Assembly: GCA_001179505.1 (NCBI GenBank)
Contig: CDMY01000424.1
Location: 15,105 to 79,104, forward strand
Source of the DNA: Vitrella brassicaformis CCMP3155
Lineage: Eukaryota; Protista; Chromerida
Direction of reading: 5' to 3'
DNA length: 64,000 bases
Under the pieces are notes generated by a model. It was not told the DNA's origin. It saw only the letters and a list, made by a program, of their open reading frames with translations, and made no database searches. The position numbers were made by a program, and so were the translations under genes. Of the stretch, positions 62,638 through 64,000 are shown in pieces (positions within the stretch are counted from its first letter, which is position 1; every line of letters starts with the position of its first letter).

Positions 62638-63885
62638 CGGCATCACACGCTGGGCGGTTCCGGCGCGTCTTCTGGCGGGGAGTTGATAAACAAACCAGCT
62701 GCAAGACAGACGGCTCTGCCCATGCTGTGCGGACTGTTTGTGTACGCTAGGTTAAGAGTGAGGGACGAATAATAGACTCACAGTCTGTCTCTATACGTCT
62801 GTGTCTGAATGACACTGGCCAAAGCACACAGCTGCTTGCATCAAACACATTTATCATGAAACACTCTGATTTACCTCGACACAGCTGTGGGTGAGAGATT
62901 CTGAAGCGCGAGGAGACGCACGACAGTGAAGATATGAATATCACGGTCAATGTTGAAGAAAAAGAGTTGTGTTACCTTCACTCATGCTGGCCCATACATT
63001 TCGGATTTCTCCCATGGTCGCGGCAAGAAGAGCTTAAGTCAAGAGAGAGACTTTTACAGAAAGGTCAATCAATCGAGAAGTGACGCAGGCAGTGCACATA
63101 TGACGTGTAAACCATTTTTCCGCTATTGTTGATGGGTCAATCGAGGAGGATTTGCAAGGAGCAAGCAAACAGCATCAATCCATCATCCATCCATCCATCC
63201 ATCCGTCCATCCTCTCACTCGACAGTAACTCGCAACGCCTCTCGGCACAGATGGTGTAGTGCCTGATGCCGACACATCATGGAACAAGAGAAAAGGCAAC
63301 ATGTATGGACAAACACTGCATGACTTCCATGTCTCGAACCTGCATCGTCGTGTGCGCACCTCACTTGCATTTTCACATATTAAGCAGCAACTCCAGGGAC
63401 TCCTGCTAGAGAGGGGCGGTCTATCTGGTGTTGTCATACTCTCTCACTGACGCCCTACTGGGATGCCTCGGTGGTGCGAGAGAGATGCGTGCCGACTCGT
63501 CAATGAACTTGGCCATCTCACCCCGTCCAAGCCTCCTCACCGGATCGCACATTTTTAAAACGTCCCAGATGTGGTGAAAAATATTTAAAAACCGGCAAAA
63601 CCGCAGAAAAAGAACAATACAAATAAATAAAATTGAGGAGAAATTAGGAGAAATTTTAAAAGAACAAACAAGGAACGAATTTTAAAGCCGCCAAGAAAAA
63701 GAGGGAGAAAGCCAAAAAACTTTAAATCACTACTTCCTTCCCATGTTCTTTACTCGTAAACCAATATCTTCCACACATTGAACTAGAGATGAGACCTGAC
63801 ACCGTCATAAAACATAATCGTACAAATGTCAAGCTATTAATTTTTCTTTATTTCGATTTCTCCCTCGTCAAACAAACACGGACAA

Positions 63886-64000
63886 GGGTTTAGGGTTTAG
63901 GGTTTAGGGTTTCTTTAGGGTTTAGGGTTTAGGGTTTAGGGTTTAGGGTTTAGGGTTTAGGGTTTAGGGTTTAGGGTTTAGGGTTTAGGGTTTAGGGTTT
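63886..64000 (+). repeat. Telomeric repeat array (TTTAGGG)n, chromosome end
   Basis: Tandem gggttta units to the end of the window, G-rich strand pointing outward, with one variant unit (tttctttaggg) near the start. Confidence 0.97.

Overview
Eukaryotic, intron-rich chromosome end: the window terminates in a (TTTAGGG)n telomere and has four 300-N scaffold gaps. Introns are short, GT-AG and full of (GT)n/(CTGT)n/(GGAT)n microsatellites. Together with a bipartite plastid-targeting leader, this suggests a chromerid-type alveolate alga such as Vitrella (inference, not verified). I reconstructed the gene models by eye from splice sites, so their boundaries are approximate. Genes in order: PARG-1 (-), a Gig2/PARP-like ADP-ribosyltransferase (+), a delta-12 fatty acid desaturase (-), PARG-2 (+), a polycystin-2-like channel with a receiver-like tail (-), IFT22 (+), two tiny genes, a bacterial-type sulfide:quinone oxidoreductase (-), a CoA-disulfide/persulfide reductase-rhodanese fusion (+), a secreted PAI-like FAD enzyme (+), about 7.5 kb of repetitive non-coding DNA, a FAAL-ACP-reductase-like multidomain enzyme (-), a class II aldolase-family protein (+), a GH1 beta-glucosidase (+), a type-B carboxylesterase (+), a long coiled-coil/RING gene (-), an NAD(P)-binding epimerase-like gene (+) and the telomere. 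The most striking observations are: (1) a head-to-head ADP-ribosyltransferase/PARG writer-eraser pair; (2) a head-to-head SQR/persulfide-reductase sulfur module with an apparently plastid-targeted SQR; (3) a recurrent (A/T)AGCTCGCA element in six divergent intergenic regions; and (4) a FAAL-ACP-R enzyme whose R domain has lost its catalytic Tyr/Lys.
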